64,000 bases of DNA from Nocardia sp. (lineage in GTDB: Bacteria > Actinomycetota > Actinomycetes > Mycobacteriales > Mycobacteriaceae). The stretch covers positions 61,642 through 125,641 of the forward strand of contig NZ_JAODNK010000049.1 in NCBI RefSeq assembly GCF_025465275.1, written 5' to 3'. The position numbers were made by a program, and so were the translations under genes. The notes below the pieces were generated by a model. That model worked only from the letters and a program-made list of their open reading frames with translations. It ran no database searches and had not been told where the DNA came from. Positions 31,497 through 41,525 of this stretch are shown piece after piece (within the stretch, counting starts at the first letter, position 1; every line of letters begins with the position of its first letter).

Positions 31497-32180
31497 TCAG
31501 TGGAAAACCACGGTGAGCGCCGTGCGCAGCGAGGCGGCGGCCACCGCGGTCGCACGCCGGGAGTCCAGCGCCACCAGTACCAAGCGCTCGTCCCGGCCAC
31601 GCACGGTGCTCGCGCCCGGAGCCAGGACGACCGCGGCGTCGGCGGCCAGTAGCCGGGCCGGACGCCCGCCGGCGCCCGGTTCCTCGGCGGCCACCACATC
31701 GACCCGGTCCCCGGCGCGCAGTATGTCGGCAAGGCCGTTGTCCGCCAGGCGGATCGGAACGATACGGGCATCGGGGGAGTGGGCGGCGACGGCCGCCAGC
31801 CGCGGGCCGACCACTCGCAGTTCGGTGAGTATCTCGCCCGCGGTCACCGCACCGGTGAGGGTGGCCCCGCGCAGTCGATCGGGTTCGCGTATCGCGCCGT
31901 CGGGCAGGGTGGCGCTCTCGCGCGGTGCGGCGCGCAGATCGTCGTCGCCGAGGACATGCCCGGGTGGCAGCTCCCGCGTGGCGACGAGGACCTCGGTGTG
32001 CCGGGCCGCCGGATCGCCGCGCACCGCGAGGACGGCGGCGAACACCAGTAGCGCCACCGCCGCGATGCGGCGCACCAGGGCGCCGTCGGCCCAGGGCGGG
32101 CGCAGGCGCGCAGCGAACTCGAAGCGGGAATCGTGGCCGAGATCGGCGTCCCGGCCGCCGACCGTGCGGAATCGCATCAT
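31497..32180 (-). CDS. SAF-domain protein (Rv0990c-like, RcpC/CpaB-like)
   Basis: TM segment then VLVATRELPPGHVL SAF motif, LRAGDRVDVV; synteny. Confidence 0.85.
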   Translation of the reverse strand: MMRFRTVGGRDADLGHDSRFEFAARLRPPWADGALVRRIAAVALLVFAAVLAVRGDPAARHTEVLVATRELPPGHVLGDDDLRAAPRESATLPDGAIREPDRLRGATLTGAVTAGEILTELRVVGPRLAAVAAHSPDARIVPIRLADNGLADILRAGDRVDVVAAEEPGAGGRPARLLAADAAVVLAPGASTVRGRDERLVLVALDSRRATAVAAASLRTALTVVFH

Positions 32181-32279
32181 GCGGTCAGACTATGGCCGCA
32201 CAATGATCGGCCGACCCTGGAAAAGGGTCGGCTGTGGATAACGAAAACTATGTGGAAATCGCCTGGTGCAGAACGCGAA

Positions 32280-32603
32280 TCAGGCGGCGGACGTGCTGTT
32301 CGACGTGCTCGACTTGGACGGGGTCGACGGCGTCGTGGTGCTCGCGGGCGTGCTCGCGGGAGTAGTGCCGCTGCCGGAGCCGTTCTCGCCGGACGGCGCC
32401 TTGGCGGGCTCGCTCGAGGTGGAGCCGTTGCGGCTGTCGGTGCGGTAGAAGCCGCTCCCCTTGAAGACGATGCCGACCGAGTTGAAGAGCTTGCGCAGCT
32501 TGCCGTTGCAGCGGTCGCAGGTGGTCAGCGCGTCATCGGAGAAGGACTGCACGATGTCGAACTTGTTGTCGCACTCGGTGCACGCATACGAGTAAGTAGG
32601 CAT
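32280..32603 (-). CDS. FmdB-family zinc-ribbon protein (Rv0991c-like)
   Basis: MPTYSYACTEC...CDRCNG...GIVFKGSGFYRTDSR. Confidence 0.93.
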   Translation of the reverse strand: MPTYSYACTECDNKFDIVQSFSDDALTTCDRCNGKLRKLFNSVGIVFKGSGFYRTDSRNGSTSSEPAKAPSGENGSGSGTTPASTPASTTTPSTPSKSSTSNSTSAA

Positions 32604-32675
32604 CGGGGTTATCCTCCACGCTCTTTGTCGAATTAGCACTCTACAGCTGGCAGTGCCAACGCTGCCAATCGGGTG

Positions 32676-33266
32676 TCAATTCCCGGCGGGTTCTTCCAGC
32701 TTGTACAGCCCGCCGAACGGAGTCAGCGCCCACCTCATTCGGTGGTCGTGTGGCTCCTCCGGCAAATGGTCCACGAGTTCATCGTCCCGCACGACTGCGA
32801 CCAACCGTACATCCGATCGGGACGCGCCCAGACTGCGGTCGTAATAGCCCGCTCCGCGCCCCAATCGCACACCGCGCCGATCCACCGCCAAGGCCGGCAC
32901 CAGAATCACCTCGGCCGACGCCAAAGCGTCCGGCACGATGTCTCCCGCCGGCTCCCGCAGTCCGAACCGCCCCCGCCGCAATCCCTCCGCCCCGGTGTAC
33001 TCCGCCCACTCCAGCGGACCGAGCTCGCCGGTAACTGGCAGCAGCACCCGGGCCCCACCGGCCCGCAGCACGTCCAGCATGGCGAGCGACCCAGGTTCGC
33101 CTCCGACCGCCACGTAGGCGCACACCCACTCGCTCGCCCCGAGCTGCCGGACACCCTCGGCCAGCGCCGCGGCTTCCCGCGCCCGCACCTGGTCCGGCAC
33201 CGCCTTCCGCCGCGCGAGAATCTCCTCCCGCCAAGCCCGCTTATCCCGCCCGCCGCTGTCGCTCAC
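32676..33266 (-). CDS. 5-formyltetrahydrofolate cyclo-ligase
   Basis: DKRAWR, GEPGS, VPALAVDRRGVRLGRGAGYYDR, EPHD. Confidence 0.94.
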   Translation of the reverse strand: MSDSGGRDKRAWREEILARRKAVPDQVRAREAAALAEGVRQLGASEWVCAYVAVGGEPGSLAMLDVLRAGGARVLLPVTGELGPLEWAEYTGAEGLRRGRFGLREPAGDIVPDALASAEVILVPALAVDRRGVRLGRGAGYYDRSLGASRSDVRLVAVVRDDELVDHLPEEPHDHRMRWALTPFGGLYKLEEPAGN

Positions 33267-33332
33267 GCCTTCACGATAAGCGCCGCGACCAACGCGACTG
33301 CCCGTTCGGCACCTCGTCGCCCCGGCAAGCCG

Positions 33333-33411
33333 CTCGTCATCCCGGCATGCTTTTGGCCGGGATCCACACTCGGCGTTGCATCCCGGCCAAGAAGCGCGCC
33401 GGGATGACGAG
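33333..33411. repeat. REP-like doublet, copy 2
   Basis: ctcgtcatcccggcatgcttttggccgggatccac...gcatcccggccaagaagcgcgccgggatgacgag. Confidence 0.85.
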
Positions 33412-33419
33412 GACGCTGC

Positions 33420-35066
33420 CTACCGATCAGAGCGGGGGCGGGTGAGGGTGAATGTGTCGATGGCCTTCAGCTCGCTGGTGGGGCCGGTGAGGGCGTAGTA
33501 GGTGGCGGTGATGGTGGTGTTGCCGCCGGGGTTGCCGGGGTCGACGTCGAAAGAGCAGAAGCCGTAAGGGTGTTCGGCGTCTTTGAAGGCGGACCAGGGT
33601 GCGTCCTCCATGACGTAGACGGGCGTCTTCTTGCCGGTGACGGGGTCGACATCGCCGACGGCGGTGATGACCCGGCACTTGTCGCCGGGGAAGAACAGCG
33701 CGTTGGACGGCGCCGAGGTGCCGCCGCCGCCGATCACCAGGTGCACGGTGCCCTCGGTGGTGTCGATGAGGTCCTTGCGGGTGTCGGCGGGCTTCGGTGT
33801 CAGCGTTTCGGTGCCGAGCGTGCCGCGGACGGGATGTGAACGCTCGTAATGGTGTTCGTGCCCGCACAGCACCAGGTCGACCTGGTACCTGTCGAACAGC
33901 GGCAGCCAGTCCTCACGGATGGCGCGGTCGGCGCCGTTGAATTTGTCGGCCGAGGAGATGGCGGTCTGGTGCATGAACACCACCACCCAGTCGATGCCGC
34001 GATCGTCGCGCGCCTTCGCCAGTTCGCTTTCCAGCCAGCGCTTCTGGGCGCCGCCGGAGTAGCCGCGAATGTAGCTGTTGCCCGCGTCCTGGTAGCAGAT
34101 GTCGTCATTGGCGACCGCGATCACGCGCACGCCGCCGACGGTGAAGGAGTACCAGAGTCCCTTCGCGTGCTCCTCGCTGCCGGAGTCCGGCACGGTGAAG
34201 TACGTCTGGAAGGCCGCATAGCCGATGGGCCCGTTGCCGAGTTCGTTCTCGTGATTGCCGGGTGCGGGCATCCAGGGCCGGTAGCGGGCCGAGCGGGAGT
34301 TGTTGGCCCACCAGTCGTTCCAGGTGCGCAGCCGGTCGGTGGATAGGTTGGCGTAGCAGAGGTCGCCGTTGACGAGGTTGAACAGCGGTGCGAGCTGTTC
34401 GATCCCGCCGGTGACGTCACCGGCGAACGGTGAGCCCAGATTGTCGTTGAGCCACTGGCCGTTCACCACCTTGCCGACCGTCGGTGTGCCCTGATCGCCG
34501 AAGCTGGTGAACCGGAACTTCGCCCGTCCCCCGGGCGCGGTGCGCAGCGTGCCCAGCTCCGGCGGCGCACCGTCGTGCCCGGCCGCGTAGACGTAGTCGG
34601 TGTCCGGGCTCAGCCCGGTCAGCCGGGCATGGTGCGCCTGAATTTCGATGCCGGACTTGGCATCCCGATAGGTCCGCGTCTCGGCGTCCGCGGTCTTGCC
34701 GAAGCCGTCGGCGGCGGTCCCGTAGCGCACCACCGGTTTGCTGACCGAGCCGGCGGTGTGCCAGGACACCACGGCCTCGCGGGCGGCATCGGCGCCGTAC
34801 TGCAGGTGCAGTCCCGAAACCCGGGGCGCGGCAGCCTGATCCGGCGCCGTCACCAATTCGGCCGAGCGCGGCCAGAGCTCGGCGGTGGATCCATTGCCGC
34901 GCAGGGCGACCGCCCCGCCCGCGCCGACCGCGAGCCCGGCCAATGCCGCACCCGCGGATGCGCCGAAGAGCCGGCGCCGGCTGACTCCGCCCGGCGTTGC
35001 GCCGGGAGTGTCACCGCCCTGGGGAGTGTCGGGGCCGCTGCTGTGGGAATCCTCACGCTCGCTCAT
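33420..35066 (-). CDS. Tat-exported purple acid phosphatase-family metallophosphoesterase
   Basis: SRRRLFG twin-Arg motif; FN3-like N-domain; GDQG, GDLCY, GNHE, VFMH and GHEH metal motifs. Confidence 0.9.
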   Translation of the reverse strand: MSEREDSHSSGPDTPQGGDTPGATPGGVSRRRLFGASAGAALAGLAVGAGGAVALRGNGSTAELWPRSAELVTAPDQAAAPRVSGLHLQYGADAAREAVVSWHTAGSVSKPVVRYGTAADGFGKTADAETRTYRDAKSGIEIQAHHARLTGLSPDTDYVYAAGHDGAPPELGTLRTAPGGRAKFRFTSFGDQGTPTVGKVVNGQWLNDNLGSPFAGDVTGGIEQLAPLFNLVNGDLCYANLSTDRLRTWNDWWANNSRSARYRPWMPAPGNHENELGNGPIGYAAFQTYFTVPDSGSEEHAKGLWYSFTVGGVRVIAVANDDICYQDAGNSYIRGYSGGAQKRWLESELAKARDDRGIDWVVVFMHQTAISSADKFNGADRAIREDWLPLFDRYQVDLVLCGHEHHYERSHPVRGTLGTETLTPKPADTRKDLIDTTEGTVHLVIGGGGTSAPSNALFFPGDKCRVITAVGDVDPVTGKKTPVYVMEDAPWSAFKDAEHPYGFCSFDVDPGNPGGNTTITATYYALTGPTSELKAIDTFTLTRPRSDR

Positions 35067-35408
35067 GGCTGCCAGCTAACCTCGGCCGGGTTCGCGACAA
35101 GCCACGGCGCGGCGAACGATACGTGAACACGTCGGCAGGCCCGCGTATTCGGCGCCGGTGGCGGTGTACACGGTTTGCACTACCCCGCACCGGGTACGAA
35201 CTGATAGCCCCGGTATCTCCGGGGTGTTCCGCACTTCACGCCGTTCGCACTGGTAGCAGCCGGTTCGCTGCGGCGTGACGGGCGCGCAGCCGTGGCCTCG
35301 GTCGAGCGTTCGGTGCGCTACCTGCGCTGCGGACCTTTAGGCTCTCGTGGATATCGGAGCGGTGTTCGGGCCGCTTCGATAGATGAGACGGATGGATAGG
35401 GTGAGTTC

Positions 35409-36347
35409 ATGACAGCTAATGGCGGCGGAACCGAGTCGTGCTTCCGCACCGCGGTGGTGCCCGCGGCGGGACTCGGCACGAGGTTTCTGCCCGCGACCAA
35501 GACGGTCCCCAAGGAGCTGCTGCCGGTGGTCGACACCCCGGGCATCGAATTGGTCGCCGCCGAGGCCGCGGATTCCGGCGCCACTCGGCTGGTGATCGTC
35601 ACCTCGCCCGGAAAAGACGGTGTGGTAGCGCATTTCGTCGAAGATCTGGTGCTGGAGGGCACGCTCGCGGAGCGCGGCAAGTTCCATCTGCTGGAGAAGG
35701 TGCGCAAGGCGCCGGGGTTGCTCGATGTGACCTCGGTGGTGCAGGAGGAGCCGCTCGGCCTGGGTCATGCGGTGGCACAGGCGGAATCGGTGCTGGACGC
35801 AGACGAGGACGCCATCGCGGTGCTGCTCCCCGATGATCTGGTGCTGCCCAGCGGTGTACTGACGGCGATGTCCCGCGTGCGGCAGATTTACGGCGGTTCG
35901 GTGCTGTGCGCCATCGACGTGCCGAAGGAACTTGTCAGCGCGTACGGCGTCTTCGATGTCGAGGTGCTGCCGGGCGCGTCCGCGGATGTGCTCAAGGTCA
36001 ACGGCATGGTGGAGAAGCCCGCCCTGGACGAGGCGCCCTCCACTTTCGCGGCCGCCGGCCGATATCTGTTGGACCGCGCCGTTTTCGACGCACTGCGCCG
36101 GATCACGCCCGGCGCAGGTGGCGAATTGCAGTTGACGGACGCCATCGCGCTGCTGATCTCGGAAGGACATCCGGTGCACGTGGTTGTCCATCGCGGGTCG
36201 CGACACGATCTGGGCAACCCGGGCGGATATCTTCGTGCTGCGGTCGATTTCGCTTTGGAACGAGAAGAATACGGACCCGCCCTGCGCAAGTGGCTCGAGC
36301 AGCGGCTCAGCCCAGGCTGGAATCCGGAGCTCACCTCGTACGAGTGA
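35409..36347 (+). CDS. galU: UTP--glucose-1-phosphate uridylyltransferase
   Basis: AVVPAAGLGTRFLPATKTVPKELLPV, QEEPLGLGHAV, MVEKP, GELQLTDAI. Confidence 0.96.
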   Translation: MTANGGGTESCFRTAVVPAAGLGTRFLPATKTVPKELLPVVDTPGIELVAAEAADSGATRLVIVTSPGKDGVVAHFVEDLVLEGTLAERGKFHLLEKVRKAPGLLDVTSVVQEEPLGLGHAVAQAESVLDADEDAIAVLLPDDLVLPSGVLTAMSRVRQIYGGSVLCAIDVPKELVSAYGVFDVEVLPGASADVLKVNGMVEKPALDEAPSTFAAAGRYLLDRAVFDALRRITPGAGGELQLTDAIALLISEGHPVHVVVHRGSRHDLGNPGGYLRAAVDFALEREEYGPALRKWLEQRLSPGWNPELTSYE

Positions 36348-36395
36348 CTAATACCGTGACGAGGTGTGCAATGCGCGAGACCAGGGAAGGGCGGC

Positions 36396-37655
36396 ATGCG
36401 CTCGGTTGAGGATCAGCAGATCAAGGTGACCGCGGCGGCTGTTGCGCCGCGGCCCGTCCGGGTCGCGATCTCGGAGGCCCAGGGACTGCTGTGTGCTGAG
36501 GACGTGGTGACCGAACGCCCGCTACCGGGTTTCGATCAGGCGGCCATCGACGGCTATGCCGTGCGCAGTGTGGATGTGTCCGGTGCGGGCGCGGATATTC
36601 GCGGTGAGGACGGCGAGCCCGTCGAGTTGACGCTGCCGGTGGTGGGTGAGGTGGCGGCCGGTTCCCGGCAGCCGATTCGCCTGCAACCGCGCCAGACGGT
36701 GCGGGTGGATACCGGTGCACCGCTGCCGACCCTCGCGGATGCCGTTCTGCCGCTTGACTTCACCGATGGCGGCCGGGCCCGGGTGAAGGTGTACGAGTCG
36801 GTGCGCTCAGGCGATTACGTGCGCCGCATCGGCGACGATGTGCAGCCGGGTGATCTGGCGGTGCGTGCGGGCACGATTATCGGCCCGGCCCAGGTCGGCC
36901 TGCTGGCGGCGGTCGGTCGCGACAAGGTGCTGGTGCATCCGCGGCCGCGACTGTCGGTGCTGTCGGTCGGCGGCGAGCTGGTCGATATCGACCGCACCCC
37001 CGGCCCGGGCCAGGTCTACGACGTGAACTCCTATGCTCTCGCCGCCGCGGCGCGCGATGCGGGCGCGGATGTGAACCGGGTCGGCATTGTCAGCGGTGAC
37101 CCCAAGCGCCTGCGAGATGTGGTGGAGGGCCAGCTGGTTCGCTCCGAGGTCGTGGTGATCGCGGGTGCGGTCGGCGGCTGGGCGTCCGAGCAGATCCGGG
37201 AGGCCCTCGAGGGCCTGGGCGAGCTGGAGATCACCCGTGTCGGCATGCATCCGGGTTCGGTGCAGGGCTTCGGCCTGCTCGGCCGCGATGAGGTGCCGAC
37301 CTTCCTGCTGCCGTCGAATCCCGTTGGCGCACTGGTGGTTTTCGAGGTCATGGTGCGGCCGCTGATTCGCATCGCACTGGGTCGCCGCCATCCCATGCGG
37401 CGGGTGGTGCGGGCCCGCACGATTCTGCCCATCGCCTCTATCCCGGGGCGGCGCGGCTATCTGCGCGCGCAACTCATGCGTGACGAGCAGACCGGTGACT
37501 ATCTGGTGCAGCCCCTCGGCGGACCGAACGGGGCGTCCTCGCATCTATTGGCAACCATGGCGGAGGCGAACAGCCTCATCGTGATCGATCCCGATATCAC
37601 CGAGGTACGCACCGGTGACGAGGTTCGGGTCGCCTTCCTCGCACAGCGAGGGTGA
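36396..37655 (+). CDS. moeA: Molybdopterin molybdenumtransferase MoeA/Glp
   Basis: PLPGFDQAAIDGYAV, TGAPLP, YDVNS, FLLPSNPV, SSHLL...ANSL. Confidence 0.92.
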   Translation: MRSVEDQQIKVTAAAVAPRPVRVAISEAQGLLCAEDVVTERPLPGFDQAAIDGYAVRSVDVSGAGADIRGEDGEPVELTLPVVGEVAAGSRQPIRLQPRQTVRVDTGAPLPTLADAVLPLDFTDGGRARVKVYESVRSGDYVRRIGDDVQPGDLAVRAGTIIGPAQVGLLAAVGRDKVLVHPRPRLSVLSVGGELVDIDRTPGPGQVYDVNSYALAAAARDAGADVNRVGIVSGDPKRLRDVVEGQLVRSEVVVIAGAVGGWASEQIREALEGLGELEITRVGMHPGSVQGFGLLGRDEVPTFLLPSNPVGALVVFEVMVRPLIRIALGRRHPMRRVVRARTILPIASIPGRRGYLRAQLMRDEQTGDYLVQPLGGPNGASSHLLATMAEANSLIVIDPDITEVRTGDEVRVAFLAQRG

Positions 37656-37665
37656 GGCGTTGGAC

Positions 37666-38316
37666 ATGAACGTATTCCGGGCGGCCCAGCATCCGGGCTG
37701 GCCCGCGCATCTCGGCCCGGTACGGGTCGGGGCCGGCATGGTCACCTTGCGGCCCATCAGATTGCGAGATGCCGGGGCGTGGAGCAAGATCCGCACCCGC
37801 GATCGGGAGTATCTGGAGAAGTGGGAGCCGACCGGCCGTGGGGCCTGGGAGGCGCGCAATCATGCCGGGAACTGGCCGTCGCTGTGGTCCAGCCTGAAGG
37901 CGGAAGCCCGTCGGGGCGCGATGATTCCGCTGGTCATCGAGGTGGACGGCTATTTCGCCGGACAGCTGACGATCGGCAATATCGTGCGTGGCGCACTGCG
38001 TTCGGCCTGGATCGGCTACTGGGTGTCGGAGAAGATCAGCGGTCAGGGCGTGGCCACGGCCGCACTGGCGCTGGGCCTGGACCACTGCTTCGGTGAGGTC
38101 GGGCTGCATCGGGTGGAGGCCACCGTGCGGCCGGAAAACCTTGCGAGCCAGGCGGTACTGCGCAATGTGGGGTTCCGTGAGGAGGGGCTGCTGCGCCGCT
38201 ACCTGGATGTGGACGGGGCGTGGCGCGATCACCTGCTGGTGGCCCTGACAGTCGAAGAGGTGTCGGGCACCGTGGTGGACAAGTTGATTCGAGCGGGGCG
38301 CGCTTCTCAGACCTGA
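37666..38316 (+). CDS. rimJ: RimJ/RimL-family GNAT N-acetyltransferase
   Basis: IGYWV, GQGVATAA, LHRVEATVRPENLASQAVL, GFREEG, WRDH. Confidence 0.88.
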   Translation: MNVFRAAQHPGWPAHLGPVRVGAGMVTLRPIRLRDAGAWSKIRTRDREYLEKWEPTGRGAWEARNHAGNWPSLWSSLKAEARRGAMIPLVIEVDGYFAGQLTIGNIVRGALRSAWIGYWVSEKISGQGVATAALALGLDHCFGEVGLHRVEATVRPENLASQAVLRNVGFREEGLLRRYLDVDGAWRDHLLVALTVEEVSGTVVDKLIRAGRASQT

Positions 38317-38498
38317 GGGGTGGCTGTGAGATCTGTATTGCTCGTGACTTGTGTGACTACTGTGGCAGGTGTTGACGGCGCGCCTGCCGGTGATCACTGA
38401 GGTGTCGAACTAGCCTACGGACGTCGGTGGTGCGTCCTCGTACCACCGGTAAGTGCTGAAGGGATGAGAGCCAGGCGGGGACGGAGGTGTAGAGCGCG

Positions 38499-39602
38499 AT
38501 GCCGAATTCGATCTTGTGGATTGGTCTTGTCGTGCTCTGGGTATTCGTGCTGTTCCCGATGCTGGCCAACCGGCATCCGCGGGTTCGCCAGCACACCGAC
38601 GCCGCCTTGGCCACGCGGGTACTGCATCGCGGGGATGCGGAGCCGCGCACCAGAAAAGGTCCGGCTTCCGGACACGACACCGATCCGGACTACGTGCCGG
38701 TTCGCAGGAAGCATCACCACGATGATCCGGAGGATCGGATGACCAGATCGGACGACAGCACCACAGCTGAATCGGACGACGAGGATTTCGACACCGACCG
38801 CGAACGCGATACGGCGAGCACCATGTCCGTGCCTGCGGACACCGACCTGAACGCCGAGACCGAGTCGAAGGCGGATCCGGTAGCCGCGGAGGAGAGTGTC
38901 GAAAAGCCTGTCGAGGCTGAATTCGATTCCGAGACAGTAGATTCCGGGCCAGCGGTAGAGCGTGCCGCCCCGCAGTCCGAGGATCGGCAGGCCGCTGCCG
39001 CCATCGACCCCGACGAGATGCCCGTGCAGGGCCGTCGCCGTCCCGAACCGGCGCAGCGCACCCGTGTCCCCGCACTCCGGGAGTGGGATGACGAACTCGA
39101 CCCGGACGACCCGGATTTTGTGCCCTCCCGGCGTGGCCGTGGCGGCTACGACCCCGAGGCCGATGCCATTGCCCGTGCGGCCCGCTACACCTTCCGCCAG
39201 CGCGCGGTGCTGGGCCTGGTGCTGAGCGCGCTGATCTTCGCCGGTGGCGCGCTGGCAATTTCGGCCGCCATGTGGACGCTGTGTGCGCTCGCGGCCATAG
39301 TGCTGGTCGGCTATCTCGCGTACCTACGCCGCCAGGTCCGCCTGGAGGAGGACATTCGCCGCCGCCGGATGGCCCGGCTGTCCCGGTCGGACGAGGAGCA
39401 GGGCGATGCGGAATCGGCTCCGGAGCCCGAAAGCCCGCGCCCCGATCGGGAAGCCGCCCGTACGCAATTGCGCCGCGCGGTCCTGGTCGAACCGGATGAC
39501 GAAGACCCAGTCTTCGAGAATCTCGAACTGTTCGATGCCGCGACCGCTCGTGCCGCCCGGGAACGCGCCGCCGGGCGGGTCCGCCGCGCAGTCGGCGAAT
39601 AG
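38499..39602 (+). CDS. sepX: Divisome protein SepX/GlpR (Rv0996-like)
   Basis: MPNSILWIGLVVLWVFVLFPML N-terminal TM, RRGRGGYDPEAD motif, second TM pair; synteny. Confidence 0.82.
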   Translation: MPNSILWIGLVVLWVFVLFPMLANRHPRVRQHTDAALATRVLHRGDAEPRTRKGPASGHDTDPDYVPVRRKHHHDDPEDRMTRSDDSTTAESDDEDFDTDRERDTASTMSVPADTDLNAETESKADPVAAEESVEKPVEAEFDSETVDSGPAVERAAPQSEDRQAAAAIDPDEMPVQGRRRPEPAQRTRVPALREWDDELDPDDPDFVPSRRGRGGYDPEADAIARAARYTFRQRAVLGLVLSALIFAGGALAISAAMWTLCALAAIVLVGYLAYLRRQVRLEEDIRRRRMARLSRSDEEQGDAESAPEPESPRPDREAARTQLRRAVLVEPDDEDPVFENLELFDAATARAARERAAGRVRRAVGE

Positions 39603-39629
39603 CGGTCCGAAGACCGACGGAGTAGTCAC

Positions 39630-39683
39630 ACAGGAAGGGCCCGGCAGCTGCCGGGCCCTTCCTGTTCGAGTGAGCGAACCGCT
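39630..39683. repeat. 36-bp perfect palindrome plus GTGAGCGAACC tail (dispersed element copy 1)
   Basis: acaggaagggcccggcag|ctgccgggcccttcctgt; core shared with 60789-60834. Confidence 0.8.
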
Positions 39684-40677
39684 AGTGGTTCGCAGGCATT
39701 CGCGGAGTTATCGGCAGCTGCTTCTCGATGAGTTCGGCGAGCGTGCGCAGCTTCGCCGCGAATTCGCGTGCGGCTATCGGATCACCGCTGGAACCCTGCA
39801 CCACCTTCGGGGTGAGCGCGGCCAATCGCGATTCGGCGGTGCTGAATACATCGGGAACGTGCGGATTCTCTTCAGTCAGATCGCCGCGCATCCAGGACTG
39901 CAGTAGCTCGACGACCGCACTCCGGTCGTAGGCGGCGGGCAGCACCGCCACCGCCTCCCGGAGTTTGCCGGCCGTGACCTTCAGATCGGCGGCGAGGGTG
40001 GTGTACACGGTCACCGCCGCATCCTCCCCGTGCGCCGCCACGATGGGGAGCAGCTCGCGAATCTGCCCCTCGTTGATGGACGGCGCCAGTGGATGCAGCC
40101 GGGCGGCCAGCGGCCAGGCGCGGATCAGCTTGTGCGCGTACGACCGCTGCATATCCCAGCGCTTCTCCACATACTCGTCGAAGGTGGTGTGGTCGGCCCG
40201 ATAGAGCCGGCCGTCGCGCACGATCTGCAGCGCCCGCCCGGCCACCCAGAACGCCACCCGCAGTGCGTCGATGGAGGACTCGCACAGATCGAGCTGTTCG
40301 AGCTCGCCCGCATTGAGCGGTCCATCGCCTGCTGCGGGCAGCGGCATGGTGAGCACGCTCGGCGAGGCGGTCGCCGCCCCGCGCAGCGTCGATCCCACGC
40401 TGCGCAGTGCCGGGTCGATGCCGCGCGGCGTGGGAGTGTGGACACGGGGCACATTCGTAGCCGGCGTGACGGTAACCGGTGGCTCCGGCATCGGGTCCGC
40501 CTCCACCACCGGCGCGTCCGCTACCGCCACCGCGATGGAACCCGCTGTGCCGCCATGCCATTCGGCATCGCGCAGTGGTGAGACCGGGGGAGTGTGTTCG
40601 GCTTCGTCCGCTAACGGATTGCGGGTCGGCGCGGCCGGTCCGCCGCCGATGGAACTCTTGCGTCGTTGCGGTGGCAT
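39682..40677 (-). CDS. Hypothetical protein coupled to parA (putative centromere-binding partner)
   Basis: ATG overlaps the parA stop (TGATG); basic MPPQRRKSS N-tail, Pro-rich linker, helical core GRLYRADHTTFDEYVEKRWDMQRSYAHKLIRA. Confidence 0.75.
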   Translation of the reverse strand: MPPQRRKSSIGGGPAAPTRNPLADEAEHTPPVSPLRDAEWHGGTAGSIAVAVADAPVVEADPMPEPPVTVTPATNVPRVHTPTPRGIDPALRSVGSTLRGAATASPSVLTMPLPAAGDGPLNAGELEQLDLCESSIDALRVAFWVAGRALQIVRDGRLYRADHTTFDEYVEKRWDMQRSYAHKLIRAWPLAARLHPLAPSINEGQIRELLPIVAAHGEDAAVTVYTTLAADLKVTAGKLREAVAVLPAAYDRSAVVELLQSWMRGDLTEENPHVPDVFSTAESRLAALTPKVVQGSSGDPIAAREFAAKLRTLAELIEKQLPITPRMPANH

Positions 40678-41438
40678 CAGGCGGGCACCTCCAGTGCGCT
40701 GGGAAGAGTGGGGACGCGGTCGTTGTCGGCGGCGTCCAGGTACGGCCGGATGAGTTCCTCCCCGACCTGCCGGTATTCGGCGATGTCGGCGATGGGGTTC
40801 TCCGCGCCGTCGCCGACTTCGCCGTCGGCGGCTTCCCGGTACCACTTCCAGCCGCTCACATAGGACTCGAACACGTCGTATCCGGCGTCTTCGAGATTGC
40901 CGCGCTGCGAACGGTATTCGGTGGAGACATTGATGCCGTTCTTCATGGTGACCGGCACCTTGGTCATGAGTACGCGTACCCGAATGGCCCGCGAGCTTTC
41001 CGCCGCGGCTTCCTCGGCGGCGCGATAGGTACTGGGCACGCGTTTGACCTCGGAGGGGCTCACGCTGGTGACCAGGATCAGTTCATCACTCTCCGGTACG
41101 GCGGCCTTGAAGATATCGGCGGATTCGCCGCCGGCGTCGACGATGATGACGTCGAATTTCGCCGCATTGTCGGTAATGCAGTCGTTGACATGCCGGGACG
41201 GGAAGGCAATGAGCTCGAAGGGGATGTCGACATTCTCCTTCTGCAGCCGCCGATACCAGGAGTAGCCGGTCTGGCTCAGTGGGTCGGCATCGATGACGAG
41301 GACTCGAAGTTGGTGCACGGTGGCGAAATACGAGGCGAGGAAGAAGGCCGACGTCGTTTTACCCACGCCGCCTTTCAGATTCCCCAGGGTGACCACCAGC
41401 GGCTCGGGAAGTGGGGGCAGCGCAATGGAATCGGTCAT
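40677..41438 (-). CDS. parA: ParA-family partitioning ATPase (short, no N-terminal HTH)
   Basis: Deviant Walker A NLKGGVGKTT, IDADP, IIVDAGG Walker B; GGAGGA RBS 6 nt before ATG 41438. Confidence 0.92.
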   Translation of the reverse strand: MTDSIALPPLPEPLVVTLGNLKGGVGKTTSAFFLASYFATVHQLRVLVIDADPLSQTGYSWYRRLQKENVDIPFELIAFPSRHVNDCITDNAAKFDVIIVDAGGESADIFKAAVPESDELILVTSVSPSEVKRVPSTYRAAEEAAAESSRAIRVRVLMTKVPVTMKNGINVSTEYRSQRGNLEDAGYDVFESYVSGWKWYREAADGEVGDGAENPIADIAEYRQVGEELIRPYLDAADNDRVPTLPSALEVPA

Positions 41439-41525
41439 GGACAATCCTCCGGATTATGAGGAGGGAGCTCGTGCGCCCAGTCTCACACGAGACGCTGTTC
41501 AGCCCCCGGATTGGTTCCGCTGTTT

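Noticed and set aside
39603-39700. tRNA-Ala, which I recall following the Rv0996 gene in M. tuberculosis
   Set aside because: No cloverleaf or T-loop GTTCGA(A/G)TCC-type signature is visible here or elsewhere in the window; tRNAscan-SE would confirm.
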